Under the pieces are notes generated by a model. The model was not told where the DNA came from and did no database searches. It was given only the letters and a program-made list of their open reading frames with translations. Below are positions 11,521 through 25,689 of a DNA stretch of 64,000 nt, piece after piece (the stretch's first letter is position 1; every line of letters begins with the position of its first letter). Both the position numbers and the translations under genes were made by a program. Where the stretch lies: assembly GCF_902713615.1 (NCBI RefSeq), contig NW_024055490.1, positions 405,262 to 469,261 of the forward strand. Reading direction: 5' to 3'. This DNA is from Scyliorhinus canicula (Eukaryota).

Positions 11521-12479
11521 CCTTAAACCTTAAAATTGGGTGTCACCAGCAGCAAACTGAAAAAATGGCGACATTTCCGGTGGGCCGGTGTGAGCCACCA
11601 GGACCAATGGATTTAGCAGCTTTGAAATAGACCAAACCGAGATTATGAAAACCCAGAGCGACAATTGGGAGCTTCATGTGCAACACTTGTGTCAGAATCA
11701 GTGGATATTTGTTGAATGTTGGAAGTAGACGGATGCCTGTGACCTCAGTGAAATTCAGTTGTACAAAACATGATGTGTTTCACAACAAGACACGCAAAAA
11801 TTCGCTTTCGCACACACACAGCGAAACACAGACACACGTGTGTCTCTCGTGCATGCATTCTCTCTGCCTTACACGCACACCCACATTTTCTCTTTCAATT
11901 TAAAATCCCATCTTTTCTTCCTTGGAGGCTTTGGAGACAATGGCCCCCACCGTCGTTGAGCTGGTATAATGAACCAACAAATTCGCCCCAACATCATGTA
12001 CGTTAAGGTGAATGTTAAATTTCCTTTGCACTCCATACAGGGCCCAGGCAAACACTCCTCCATTTAACAAAGATGAACAAAAACGCGCCACCAGGGATTG
12101 AGCCGCTTTGTTCTGGCGCTGAGCTCACTGCGCGAGAATTAGCCACCAACACCTGCAATGAGTTAAACCTGAGATTTTAGCAGCTCCACAGAACGCGATG
12201 AGATATTGCATTTGTGGAAATGAATTATTGACCCATCAACATCACGGATCATACCTGACAGCAACATTTTCACCGTAACTGCAATTGCAAAGTTTAGCCA
12301 GCAGATGGAATTTAAATTGAGATGCTTGACATGAGATGAAGCAGACATTGCCTCAATAATTACTGCACTAATCCCTGTCTCTGTTAATTTTAAATTGTGC
12401 TCCATCTGTATTTTTGTTAGACTCGACTCTGTCTCTGTTTACAATACACGACACTTCGTTTCAATTAATACTGCACCGG

Positions 12480-13620
12480 TGCATGTCAATGTTTATATCA
12501 CACAATCACTGTGATCCTGTTTTCAATGGATCTGATCTACCTTTGCAGTTCACCCACATCCAGTCCTGAATAGTAATGAACAATTAAGCAAATAGCCGGA
12601 GCAGGAGCCTCAACAAAATTCCCCTCCTCAATGATGGGGGACCCAAGCACATCAGTGCAAAAAACAAGAGTGAAAGTTTCTGCCAGAGGTGCCGGAAGGA
12701 TGATCCATCTCAGCCTCCGGTGGTCTGCATCATCATGGATGTCAGTCTTCAGCAAATTTGATTCACTCCACACGATATCAAGAAATGGCTGACAGCGCTG
12801 CAAACGTTATTAGCCCTGGCAAGATTCTGGCAACAATACTGAAGCAGTTTGCCTTCAAATGCAGCAAGACTTGGACAACATTCCGGTTTGGGCTGGCAAG
12901 TGTCAGGCAATGACCATCCCAAAAAGCGAGATTCTCACCGTCTCTCCTAGATTTAAAGTTATACCACCGTGATTGAATCCCCCAATTTCAATATCCTCGG
13001 GATTACCATTGCTACAAAAGTGAACATTAAAAAAAATATGGCTACAAGAGCAGGTCAGTGGCTGGACATTCTGCGGTGAGTAACTCACCTCGTGACTTCC
13101 CAACCCCTATCCATCATCTATACGGCAGAAGTCAGGTGTTTGACTGAATATCTCCATTGGTCTCACGTGTGCCCCTGAAGCAACACGTGAGATCTCGACG
13201 CCATCCAGGGCAGAATAGCCGGCTCGACGAACACCCCATCCACCAACTTCAACATTCACTCTCTGCATCACGGGTGCACAATTCTAGTCGCTTGAACGAC
13301 GCACAAGGATCTAATGCAGCAACTGCCTCCTCCTGTAGCACCTTCCAACACAGGAACTCAGCCATCTAAAAGGACCAGGCCCGGTAGATGCATTGTAACA
13401 ACAGGACCTGCAAGTTACCCACCAGGCCACACACCACCTTGATGGGAACTATGTCTCTGTTCCTTCACTGTCACTGGTCAAAATCCTGGAACTCCCTTCC
13501 TGTCAGCTCTGTGGGTGTACGTACTCAGTATGGAGTGCAATGGTTTATAAAGCGGGCTCAACACCACATTCTCAAGGGAAATGAGGAATTGACAGCAAAT
13601 GTTGAAGTTACTGGCAACTC
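12480..13620 (+). mobile_element. Degenerate CR1-group LINE remnant
   Basis: Same family as 8940-9730 (ccatcatcta..aggc..aagtcagg..gtg..gaata..ctcca); heavily deleted. Confidence 0.6.
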
Positions 13621-14159
13621 CAAGATCCCATTAAATCATTTTAAACATATCATTTTCTGCTTACATTCACCTTGCCCCCGCCTCTGTTTACATTACACTC
13701 GGCCATGTCTCGAGCACATTGCAGCTGGTCCTGTCTCAGTTTTCCTGCACTCGGCTGAATATCAGTTATTAATATCCGGGGCCCACACCCTGTTTATATT
13801 ACAAATCCGAAATTATGACGCACTGACCCATGTCTAGTAAGAAACACGTCACAATGGTTACAGCATCAGAACGTTTTTCTGTGCATCGTAACTGGAACAA
13901 CATTCTGTTTGCATCACAAGTTGTTCGGTCTCAGTTATTACTCTACTAGATAGTTAAATTCCAGTAAACACAATCCTGCTGCACATGTGCATGCCCCTGT
14001 TTATAGAATACTAGGCCCTGCCTCTGTTATTCTTGGATTGTACGATATCCCTCTTATTGCTGCATTGATCATGTCCCAATTTGTATCAATCTGCATTCCG
14101 CTAGACCAGAATTCAGTTGATATTGCACTAGGCCCAGTCTCTGATTATGCCTTCGGCGG

Positions 14160-14460
14160 AGGGTGGCTCAGTGGGGACCACTGCTGCCTCATTGCGCCGG
14201 GGTTCAATCCTGACTGTTTGCGTGGAGTTTTTACTTTCTCCCTGTGTCTGAGTGGCTTTCCTCCAGGTGCTCCGGTTTCCACCCATAGTCCAAATATGTA
14301 CAGGTTAGATGGATTGGCCATTAGAAATTGCCCCTCGGTGTCCAAGGATGCATAGGTCATGGTGCAAGGGCGGGGGAATGAGGAGGGTGATATTTCAGAG
14401 GTTGGTGCAGATGCAATGGGCCGAGTGGCCTTCTGCCTTGTTGGGATTCTGTATTTGATC
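14160..14460 (+). mobile_element. Degenerate V-SINE
   Basis: V-core ggtgctccggtttccacccatagtccaaa and tail gggccgagtggccttctgc. Confidence 0.75.
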
Positions 14461-15319
14461 CTGATTCTAGCCGACTTTTTCCGAGACCTGCGTATTTTTA
14501 TTAATGCACTGAATGGTGCCTCTGCTTTTAACTGTGGGTGCATTATTGCAGATGTCTTTGAGATGGAAAGCTAATATAATAATACATATTTTGGACGATA
14601 AATCAGTACATGGTAACAACCTGCAACGGATGCATAGTGTATACAGTATATGCTATGCAACATTTGATATTCATTTTCAGTGCAGTCAGCAGAATTACAT
14701 TTCAGATATAATTTCTTCTTTGCTGGTGCCCAAGACCAATTCCTACCCCAGAGAGTGGGATGTGTAGGAGGATGCAGAGTATTGTGTTCCCATGTGATTG
14801 TTGCCCTTGTGATTCTCGGAGGTCTCGGTATGGAAGGTGCTGTTGAAGAAATCTTGGCGAGTTGCTGCAGTGCATCCCGTCGATGTTACACAATGCAGCT
14901 ACTGCGTGCCTGCTGTAAAGAGAATGAAGTTGCTGTAACATTAGCTTCTGTCTCAGTTATTTATTTAATTGTCCTTTGTTTATGTTACACAATTACAACT
15001 ATTCCATTCCCTTAGTTTATTGCATTAGGTCCAGGCAATAGAAGTTCAGCTGTACAATTTGAAGTGGCTGCAAGAAGATCAGAGATCTGTGGTTGTACAT
15101 ACACACATCTTGGGTGCTGACAAGACAGAGTATGGCGTTTATCTGGACATAGATCAACATTACTCTCTAAAGAATTTTAGACTATCTATGTTCCCTCAGT
15201 TTTTTTTAATCTTCACAATTTCCACCTCAGCCATTTTCCAAATTATTGTGCATGGTCTACCGCAGCAATTACTGAGGCCGGGTAATATGAAGAGACATGG
15301 CCCGGCGCAGAACTGAGGC

Positions 15320-16130
15320 TGTATCTAATGTAATACAAACAGAGACAGGTTTAAATTACTAGAAACAGAGTCAGGTGTAGGTTAATGTAAAGAGAGACAA
15401 ACAGGGTCCCTAAGTCCAAAACATGGAGGAGCAGAATTAGGCCATTCGACCCATCGCAACTGCTCTGCCATTAAATCATGGCCAATATGTTCCTAATCTC
15501 CATTCTCCTGCATTCTCCCAATAACTCCTGAATGCCTCGTTGATCAAGACATGTCCTCTAATTGGTGGCCTAGTTTAATATGAACAAACAGAAATAGGTC
15601 CTTATTTAATATAAACTGACAAAGGTACAAGGTAGTATAACATAAACAGAGACGGGCTCATGGCCTGGTACAATACAGCGGCAGGGCCTAGTGTCCTTTC
15701 AAATACTAGCAGGACAGGGGCATCACAGGTTGGAGACAAAGAGAAACTCCCTGACACTGTCCCCAGCAAACATTCTCAGAGCAGCTGCAGATTGTTTTGA
15801 TATAGAATGAAATTCCCTCTACATAACTCGCTCAAACACATTAAAGGCCGAAAAGCCAAAGGTTCTATATCAGGTAAAACCTCTTCTGCACTCTTCCTTC
15901 AGAGATCCCCAACACAGGTTGACAGTGGGGTTAGTTACAGGGCAAGAAACCTCTGCATTTTCCTATCATACTCACCCAGGTCAGGTACAGCATTGTTCAG
16001 ATACGGAGTAAATCTCCCTATGCACAGTGAGATCAAACACTCACAGGGCAGGTTCAGTGCACGTTACATGCAAGTAAACTTGCTCTACACTCTTCAGTCA
16101 AATGCTCCAAGGTCTCGGCAGCTGGATAAA
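15320..16130. repeat. Decayed tandem repeats (~27-bp aaacagagacaggg-type, then a ~65-bp cagggcaggtacagc-type repeat)
   Basis: Recurring motifs; similar tracts at 32250-33140. Confidence 0.5.
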
Positions 16131-16350
16131 GTGCAAGGAAGGATTCTTCTGCCCTGCCACATCAAATCCTCAACCACCACGTGCAGCCCAGATCAGATAT
16201 AGAGGAAACTTGTCTCTACAGTTCTCATTAAACAACCCAAGATCATTGAATACTCCAACCTCATTTTAGTGTAAAACTCCCTCGCCGGATTCCAATATAT
16301 TGGATTCGGTGCATTTAGTTGGAAGCCAACGGGGTGAGTTCAGGCTGAGA

Positions 16351-16480
16351 GGGCTGGTTTAGCTCAGTGGGCTAGACAGCTGGTTTGTGATGCAGAACAA
16401 GACCAGCAGCGCGCGTTCAATTCCCGTTCCAGCTTACCGGAACAGGCGACAGAATGTGGCGACATGGGGCTTTTCACAGT
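16351..16480 (+). mobile_element. Short tRNA-derived SINE (gggctggtttagctca... family), specific to copy A
   Basis: Same family as 22558-22735, 38011-38185 and 55393-55562; absent from the aligned position in copy B. Confidence 0.8.
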
Positions 16481-18432
16481 TAAATTGTTATTATTGTTGG
16501 CCACATGTCGATTAAAGACAATGACCCTTCGTGGAGAGACATGAGATAGAACCAGTTATGAGAAAGACACGAAGAGAGATAGGATACAGGACATTTCTAC
16601 TAACACACTTGGCATGCCCTTATATTTAGAGATTAGAGGGGATCTTTCCTAATTATGAACATGGATATCATAATGACATTTTTCTCATATAACTGATTCA
16701 TAAAAAAATGTCGAAAAATAAACACTACTGGAATCCGTTGATCTATTTCCATCTTTGGCTCTATTTTTGTGCTGTGTTGGTGGGGAAACATTTGTTTCTC
16801 TTTTCTCAGTCCGCAATCTGATCTGGGACTTCTATTTCTGTGTTTATTTACATAAACACTTCACTGGTCACAATGAAATGTTCATGTCAGCAAAACAAGA
16901 TAAACACATTCACATATTGATCAGTTTTACCTCAAAATAGCGGTTTATTTTAGGAATATTGACAGTTGGTTAAAATGAATAGAAACTTCCATTAGGACAG
17001 ATGTTACTTAATTGAAATGAAAAAATACTTTAAATTAAGTATTCATTCGGAAAGTTCTGATGCCTCAATTAATAATGCATCTTTAACCAGCTACTTTTCC
17101 ACTGAATGTTAATTTGATTGAAATATAAACCGATTTAAAGTAGATAGATTAAAACATCAGGCAGAGGAGTGATGTATAGTCACATTAATCTCTGATCAGT
17201 CGACATATTACAACTTGTATTTTAAAATGTTAACATTTGGCAAGAGCTTGCTTTTGTAAAATGCTTTACCCGACATCAGGTTATCCCAACGCCCTTAAAA
17301 CTCACTGATATATTTTTGCTGAATTTAGTCACTGCTGTAATGTTGGAAACGGAGCAGGGAATTTGTGCACAGCAAGCTCCCACAAACTGAGATGTGATAA
17401 GTGACCAGCTAATTTGTGATTTTAGATGAAGAATGGACATTGGTCCAAGATACTGGGAAAAGCAGCTCTGCTCTTTAGAATTACATCAGTGAGGTAATCC
17501 ACCTGAAACGTGAATCTGTTTCTCTCTCTTCTGATGCCCACTGTCCTGCTCCTCAGTCTTTTTTGTTGTTTTTGTTTTAGATTTCCAGAATCTGCAGCAC
17601 TTTGCACAGTTTTAGATTCATTCTCGCCATATAGCCATCATTAACTGTCCATCCTGAGAAGCCGGATGTGAACCACCTTTTTGATGAGGTGCACTTCGAG
17701 CAATTTTATTCACATTTGACTTTCAGTAGCTGCTTCCCTTCAACTGACTTGCTTGCTCGGCAATATTAAAGATAGTTAATAGTCAACCACATCATTGTTG
17801 AACTAGAGTCACATATAGGCCAGGCAGAGTAGGAAGGAAGCTTTCTTCTCCTGAAGGACGCTGGTGAACCTGCTGGGCGTTGCGAAATTTCGATTGCTTC
17901 GGAAGTATTATAAATGACACTACGATTTTTGGCTGATTGATTAAGTCATTCAATAGAAAGTCTCTGCAGCTGCCACAAAACCGTAAGATTTGCAGCAGAA
18001 CTTGGCCATTCGGCTCATGTAATATGATCCGCCATTCAATGAAATCGTGGCAAATCTGGTAAAATCCTCAACACCACATTTCCACTTTATCCCCATAACC
18101 CTTGATTCGCTTACTGATTAAAAATCTATCTGTCTCAGCCTTGAACATATTTATTGACCAGGCGAACTCTCTACAGCAAATGATTCTATAGAGGCACTAA
18201 GCTCTGAGAGAAGAAATTCCTCTTCATCCTCGTCTGAAATGAGTGGCACCTTACTCTGTGATTGTGTCCTATGGTCCTAAACTCTCCCAAAAGTGGGAAC
18301 AATCTCCAGCATCTCCACTGTCAAGCCCCCTGAGAATACTATATATCTCAGTAACTTCGCCTCTGATTCTTCTAAACTCCAATTCGTGTAGGCCTAACCC
18401 ACTTAAGCTCTCCCTATTTCAGTCTCTGTGGT

Positions 18433-18590
18433 CACAGTAAGAAGTCTTACAACACCAGGTTAAACTCCCTCCTCAGGTGGGAGCAGTGCTCTGAGAGCTA
18501 GTTTTTGAAACAAACCTGTTGGACTTTAACCTGGTGTTGTAAGGCTTCTTACTGTGTTCACCCCAGTCCAATGCCAGCATCTCCACATCA
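18433..18590. mobile_element. Miniature Penelope-like terminal remnant with 32-bp inverted arms
   Basis: Arms 18433-18464 and 18525-18556 (1 mismatch) match the PLE end at ~35490-35520. Absent from copy B; imperfect TSD cagtctc..tggt. Confidence 0.75.
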
Positions 18591-20251
18591 TGGCCACAGT
18601 CTCCATGGTGCAATTGGTCAGCGTGTTTGGCTGTTTACCGCAAGGTCTGTGTTTCAAGGCCGCATTCTTCTTTATTTGCTGACAGGTAGAGTAACGATGG
18701 GCCGAGGAGACTCTTTCTGTGCTGTGAAATGCTACCTACCTTTGAAAATCCCTCCACACTCGGGATTTACCTAAAGAACCTTCTCTGGACTGCACCCAAA
18801 ATATCTATCCTTACATAAGGAGACCAAAACTGTTCACAACATTACAATATACCCTGGTGGAATTTGTACTCCTGTGTCTGGAGTATTAGTTCAGGCCTCC
18901 AGATTACCCGTTCTGTAATAATATTGCGAGACTATCCCGAAGACTGTAATATCCCCCCATCGAAAAGATGGAACAATTGAACATTAAACATTCCTTCTGC
19001 ATTGGATCACAGGTCTGGAGCATGTGCTCAGGTATCTGTTGTGGGAGGTGATAGTGATTCCACTGAGACAAGACGGTTAACCTATCATGGTTTGCATTTT
19101 GACATTCTGAAATATTGCTCGGTGAATCTGAAGTTCAAACTATGGGTCCAGTCTTACATGGGTCAATTTAATTTTCAGAGGCTGGTCTTTTACTAGTCTT
19201 GGGTCTTATTCTGACGGGATGGCAATGGTGAATGGGAATTCCACTGGCTCCATATAAAATATCAGTTATTTCAAAAATAGCACACCAGGGTCAGTTTCTG
19301 TTTATATTACATCGAACGATGTTCCTGTTGCCTGTCTCGATATTATAAATTATATTATATATTTGCTTGTTTGTACGAGTACAATCATTGCTGATTTGGA
19401 GATTATATTAATTCTTGTTAATACCTATAAGTAGTTCTATGAAATGTGTATTTGCTCTGCTATCATGTGGGTAATATTGAGTTTAATATTTTACCAACAT
19501 CCCAGTAATGAACTGGGCTTGAGGGACAGGTCTACATGTGAACATCGCTGCACTGCAATTTCCAAAAGTTACTGGAAATCTATGTTTTGTTCAAAATGAT
19601 GAATTTACTTTTGTATTATACTCTATCCATTGGAAAGTTGTTTCATGTTGAGGATTCTTTTCGCGCCTCGTTTTATATTCACTAATCGCCTAATATACTG
19701 GCAGTGTTAGACAGAACAGTGCTCTAACAGAATCACCAGATTGGCACCCACAGGATAAATGTCCACCCAATCATAGAACTCTCATCTGGTTAAGAAGAGC
19801 AAGTGACTTCACTTCAAAAAAGGATTGGCCGTTCGCATAGGTGTGCATATAAAATATTGTTCTTGGGTTTTGCAACTGTAATTTATCAAGACATTAAGTT
19901 ATGTTCAGAATTAATTGTTTCACTTTGCGATGTCTTCATACGTCTCGGCCCTAAGCTCTGGTATTCATTCCCTACTCCTCTTTACCTCAATGCCCTTAAT
20001 ACAATCATCCCAAATAACCAAGTTTTTAATCATCTCACCTATTAAGTCTTTACACATATATTAATCCAGACCCTGCAGCAGGAATGACTGCAATAGAGCA
20101 TGCCTCAGTTTATAATATTCCAGACCCTGAATCAATAATCACTGCTTTATATCCTATATCATTTAAGGGTAATCTCGTCTGCACGAGAACCTGTCTCGGT
20201 TTACGTTAGTCTAGACCTTGCATCAGTAATCACTGCACTAGATCCAATCTC

Positions 20252-20510
20252 AGTAGCACAATTGCTTCACAGCGCCAGAGTCCCAGTCTGTGCAGAGTTG
20301 GCACGTTCTCCCCGTGTCTGCGTGGGTTTCCATTGGGTGCTCCGGCTTCCTCCCACAAGTCCCGAAAGATGTGCAGTTCTGTAATTTGGACATTCTGAAT
20401 TCTCCGTCTGTGTACCCAAACAGGCAGCGGAATGTGGCGACTGGGATCTTTTCACAGTGACTTCATTGCAGTGCTAATGTCAGCTTACTTGTGATAAAAA
20501 TATTATTAGA
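20252..20510 (+). mobile_element. V-SINE with alternative 3' tail, specific to copy A
   Basis: V-core followed by gaatgtggcgact...cacagtgacttcattgcagtg. Confidence 0.8.
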
Positions 20511-22557
20511 TTAGTTTCGGTTCATCTCCACCCTATGTGAGTGAAAATCGTTTTAGATCTTGTCATAGAGTCACGGAGAGTTAGAGGTTTACAATACAGA
20601 AAGATGCCCTTCACCCACCATATCAGCGATGGCAATCAGGTACCTATCTATTCTGAGATAGTCCATAGATTGTCTTCCTACCATAAAACTATAAGACACA
20701 GGAGCAGAATTCGACGATTAGGCCAATCGAGTGTGCTCCACATTCAATCACGACTATTATGTTTCGAAAAGTCTATCTCCTGCCTTCTTACCATAACCCT
20801 TGATCCCTTATTAATCAAGAAACTATCTATCTCTGTTAGCCTGGTTAGAAAGAGGGAAAGATCCTTCGACACTGCCACATCAAATCCTCACCACCCTCTT
20901 CAGCTCAGGGTAGACACAGGGTAAATGTTTCTCCACAGTTCTCATTAAACACTACAGGGTAATTGAATGCTCCAACCACATTTTAGAGTAAAAATCCCTC
21001 TATGTATTCCAATTAATTGGATTCGATCCATTTAGTTGGAAGCCAATGGGGTGAGATTGCGCGGAGAGATTATATTCGGCACATGTTGACTTCATGTTGT
21101 CGATTAAAGGCAATGACCCATTGTGGAGAGACATGAAACAGAACCAGTTAGGAAAAAGGGACAGGTATCAGATGCAGGAGAACTGGAAAACTCTATGAAC
21201 ATATTTTGCATGTCATTATATTTCGAGATTAGAGGGAATCTTTCCTAATTCTGAACAGGGATATCATGATGACCTTTTTCTCATATAACTGATGAAGAAT
21301 CAAATGTCAAAAACAATCATTACTGGAATCCGTTGATCTATTTGCGTCTTTGCCTCTATTTCTGTGCTGTGTCGGTGGGGAAATAGTTGTTGTGCTTTTG
21401 TCAGTGTATAATCTAATCTGAGACTTCTATTTCTGTGTTTATTTACATAAATACCTCACTGGTTACAATGAAGTGTTTGCATCAACAAAACGAGATAAAC
21501 AGTCATTTATTGATTAGGTTTAACTTAAAATAGCGGTTTATTTTAAGAATATTGACAGTTGGTTGAAACGTATAGAAACATCCATTAGAACAGATGTTAC
21601 TTAATTGAAATGAAAAAATAAATTTAAATTAAGTATTAATTCTGAAAGTTCTGATGCCGCAATTAATAAATCATCTTTAACCAGGCTGTTATTCCTCTGA
21701 ATATTAATTTAATTGAAACATTGACCAATTAAAAGGATATAAATTAAAACATCAGGCAGAGGAGTGACCCATAGTCCCGTTAATCTCAGATCTTTCAACA
21801 TATTACAACTTGCATTTTATAATGTAAACGTTTGAAAAGAGCTTGCTTTTGTAAAACGCTCTACCCGACCTCAGGTCATCCCAACGCCCTTAAAACTCAC
21901 TGATATATTTTAGCTGAATTTAGTCACTGCTGTAATGTCGGAAACAGAGCAGGGAATTTGTGCACAGCAAGCTCCCACAAACTGAGATGTGATAAGTGAC
22001 CAGCTAATCTGTAATTTTAGTTCGAGAACGGATGTTGGTCCAAGATACTGGGAAAAGCAGCTCTACTCTTTACAATTATGTCATTGAGGTAATCCACCTG
22101 AAATGTGAATCTGTTCCTCTCTCTGCTGATGCTCACTGACCTGCTGAGCAGCCATTAGTTTTGTTTTTATTTTACATTTCCGGAATCTGCAGCACTTTGC
22201 ACAGTTTTTAACATTTATTCTCGGAATATGACCCTCACTGACACAGTCAGCATTAACTATCCATCCTGAGAAGCCGGATGTGAACCCCCTTTTAGATAAG
22301 GTGCACTTCCGATGGTTGAATCCACATCTGACTTTCTGTGGCAGCAGACCTTGAACTGATTGGCTTGCTCGGCAATATCAGAGATAGTTACCCGTCAACC
22401 ACATCACTGCTGAACTTGTCACATACAGGCCAGACAGGGTAACGAGGGAAGATTTGGAAAATTTCGCTAGCTTCATGAGTATTATGAATGACGCGACAAT
22501 TTTATTTCTGAATTATTAATTCATTCAATTGAAAGGCCTCCAGCTGCCATAAAAGCA

Positions 22558-22735
22558 GGTGCTGGTTTAGCTCACTGTGCTAAATCGCTGGTTTTTAAAG
22601 CAGAGCAAGCAGGCCAGCAGCACGGTTCGATTCCCGTACCAGCCTAACCGGACAGGCGCCGGAATGTGGCGACTAGAGCCTTTTCACAGTAACTTCATTG
22701 AAGCCTCCTTGTGACAATAAGCGATTTTCTTTTTC
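22558..22735 (+). mobile_element. Short tRNA-derived SINE, specific to copy B
   Basis: ggtgctggtttagctcactg...ggttcgattcccgtacc...gtgacaataagcgattttc. Confidence 0.8.
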
Positions 22736-23734
22736 AAACCATAAGATGTGGGAGCAGAAGGTGGCCATTCGGCCCATGGAATATGATCTGCCATTCAATG
22801 GGATCGTGGCTGATCTGATAAAATCCTCAACTCCACTTTTCCACCTCATCCCCATAACCCTTGATTTCCTTACTGATGAAAAATCTGTCTGTCTCAGTCT
22901 TGGACATATTTATTGACCCGGCTCCTCCAATTCTCCGGACCATAGAATCACTCCCCTCTCAGAGAAGAAATTCCTCTTCATCCTCGTCTGAAATGAGCGA
23001 CACCTTACTCTGAGATGTTGCCCTACGGTCCCAGACTCTCCCACAAGCAGAAACAACCTCCAGCATCCACATTGTCAAGCTCCTTGAAAATACTACATAT
23101 CTCCGTAAGTTCGCCTCATTCTTCAAAACTCCAATGCGTGTAGGTCTTCCTTACTTAAACTCTGCTCATGACAGTCTCTGTGGTGCAATTGGTCAACGTT
23201 TTTCGCTGCAAACCGAGAGGTCTGTGTTTCAAGGCTCTCCAGGGCCGGATTCTTCTCCATTTGATGGGCCGAAGAACCTCTTAATTCCAGCTATCTGTGA
23301 AAATCCATCCATACCCGAGATTAACCTAATTCTCTGCACTGCCTTCAAAATATCTACCCCTTGGTAAGGAGACCCAAACTGCTCACATCATTGCAATATG
23401 CCCTGGTGGAATTTGTACTCGAGTCTCTGAAGTAATTGTTCAAGCATCCAGATTACCAGTCCAGTAATAATATTTTGAAGCAGCCCTAAGGCTGTAATAT
23501 CATCACATCTAAAAGATGGAGCAACTGAAACATAAAATACTCCTGCATTGGATCACATCTGGATCATGGGCTCAGGTATCTGTTGTGAGAAGTGATATTG
23601 ATTCCACTGAGACAAGACTGTTAACCTATCATGGTTTGCATGTTGACATTACATTCTGAACTATTGCTTAGTGTATGTAAAGTTCTAATTCTGGGTCCAG
23701 GATAGTCTTTTATTAGCCTTGTGTCTTATTATAA

Positions 23735-23950
23735 ATTTAGAGTAACCAATTATTTTTTTCCAAATCAAAGGGCAATTTAGCGCAGCCAATTCACCTACCC
23801 TGCACATCTTCGGGTTTTGGGGGTGAAACCCACGCAGACACGGGGGAGAATCTGCAAACTTCACGTGGTCAGGGACCGAGAGTCGGGATCGAACCTGGTA
23901 CCTCGGCACTGTGAGGCAGCAGTGCTAACCACTGCGCCACCCTGCTGCCC
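23735..23950 (-). mobile_element. V-SINE fragment, specific to copy B
   Basis: Reverse-complemented head and V-core. Confidence 0.75.
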
Positions 23951-24249
23951 CCGTCTTATGTCTAATTCGGACACGATGTTAATGGTGAATGGGAATTCCA
24001 CTGGCTCCATATAAAATGTCAGTAATTCCAAAAATAGCATCTGAACACAAGCAAGGCAGAAAAATATTTACAACTTGATCTTCCCACCGCATCAGCTGCA
24101 CGGACAGAGCGGTTGGAAGATGGAATTGTTTTCATTAGAACCGAGCAGTTTTTGGGAGGCGTGATAAAAATGGTCACAATTATGAAGGGTTTTGTTTGAT
24201 TAATTAGGAAGAAACTTCATTCATTGGCAGGAGGGCCAGAAATCAGAAG

Positions 24250-24650
24250 ACACGAATTTATGAAATATTAAATCCCCCCTCTGATTATAAACCTATCAAA
24301 TTGTATTAGGACTAGACAGGGCGGATGCAGAAAGGATGGTCCCGATGGCGGGGGAGATAGAATCAGGGGTCACTGACTAAGGATACGGGGTAAAACATTT
24401 TGGACTGAGATGAGGGGCATTATCTTCACCCTGGGAGTCGAGAGCCTGTGGAATTCTCTACCACAGAACGAAGTTAAGTCCACAGTATTGTATGTTTTCA
24501 AGCAAGAGTTAGATATAGCTCTTGGGGATCAAAACTCTGAAGGGACCAGATGATATGGGGGAAAGTGGGAACAGGTTACTGAGGTGCCATGATCATAATG
24601 AACAGCGGAGCAGGCTCCAAGGGCAGAATGGTCCACTCCTGCTCTATTTT
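24250..24650 (+). mobile_element. CR1 LINE 3' fragment, specific to copy B
   Basis: Encodes ..GLDRADAERMVP.. and a VESLWNSLP-like terminus plus 3' UTR. Confidence 0.7.
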
Positions 24651-25689
24651 CTATGTCACTGTATTACGTCAAATCTGTTTCTTCTCATGTTGAATGAGAC
24701 CCTGTCTTTATTTCTATTAAAGTAACCCCTGTCCCTGTCTATACTACACTGTACTGTTTGTGCTGCACTCAATTAATAACACGCTAGAACATGCATGGGA
24801 TTATATTACATTAAGTTTCGCCTCTTCTATATTCCACATGAATTTGTATCTTTACATCACACCAGGGCCTGTGTCTGTTGATATTACACCGGACCATGTT
24901 CCTATTGTCTCTCGATTTATATTAACCAATAACCTGATGCACTGGCAGAGTTAGACAGAACCGTGTTCTCACAGTATCGCCACGATGCTAATGATTGGCA
25001 CCCATAGGAGAAATATCCACCCAATCATTCAACACTCATCTGGTTAAGAAGAGCAACGAAAATCGCTGCCCAGACGTATTGGTCGTTCGTGTAGGTGTGT
25101 ATATGAAACATTTTTCTTAATTTTTGCAAATCCAATCGATCAAGACGTATTGTTATCTTCAGAATTATTTGGTTCACTTTGCGATGTCTACATATGCCTC
25201 GGTCCTAAGCTCTGGTATTCACTCCCTACTCATCGTTTCCTCAGTTCCCTTATTAAAATCATCCCATAACCGGCCTCGTCAACCACGTTTTTGGTAATCT
25301 GCCTTAATAACTCTTTACACATGTTTAATCCAGACTTTGACCAGGAATGACTGCAATAGACCATGCCTCCGTTTATAATATTCTAGATCCTGTATCAATA
25401 ATCACTGCTTTAGAGCCGATCTCATTTAAGTTTAATCAATCTTTGTATGAGTAATCGCTGCACTAGAACCTGTCTCAGTTTATGGTAATCTGGACCCTGT
25501 ATCAGTAATCACTGCACGAGATTCAATCTCAATTTAGGTTAATCTACATCCCGTATTAGTGATTATTGTTTTTGACCCTGTCATAGAGTCATGGAGTCTG
25601 AGAGTTATACAGGAAATAAAGATGCCCTTCCACCCAACATCTCTGCGACGGCAATCAAGCACCTATCTATTCTAACATCGTCCATATAT

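Larger units (their letters stand above)
16154..20835. repeat. Tandem segmental duplication, copy A (~4.7 kb)
   Basis: Collinear homology to 20872-25855 throughout, e.g. 16921-17250 vs 21505-21850 and 19700-19960 vs 24940-25230. Confidence 0.9.

Noticed and set aside
12163-12405. ORF with a faint leucine-rich-repeat flavour (KHLNLNS, CNISSRSVELL)
   Set aside because: No polypyrimidine acceptor, no neighbouring exons and no clear LRR register.
16221-16333. AG..GT-bounded exon-like segment conserved in both duplicate copies (..GFQYIGFGAFSWKPTG)
   Set aside because: Both copies have an in-frame TAA at the same site and no protein family is recognisable.
19931-20065. Conserved ATG and short ORF downstream of the CCAAT module
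   Set aside because: The sequence matches an L2-type LINE 3' end (LGPKLW.S.P in another frame) and the two copies diverge in frame.
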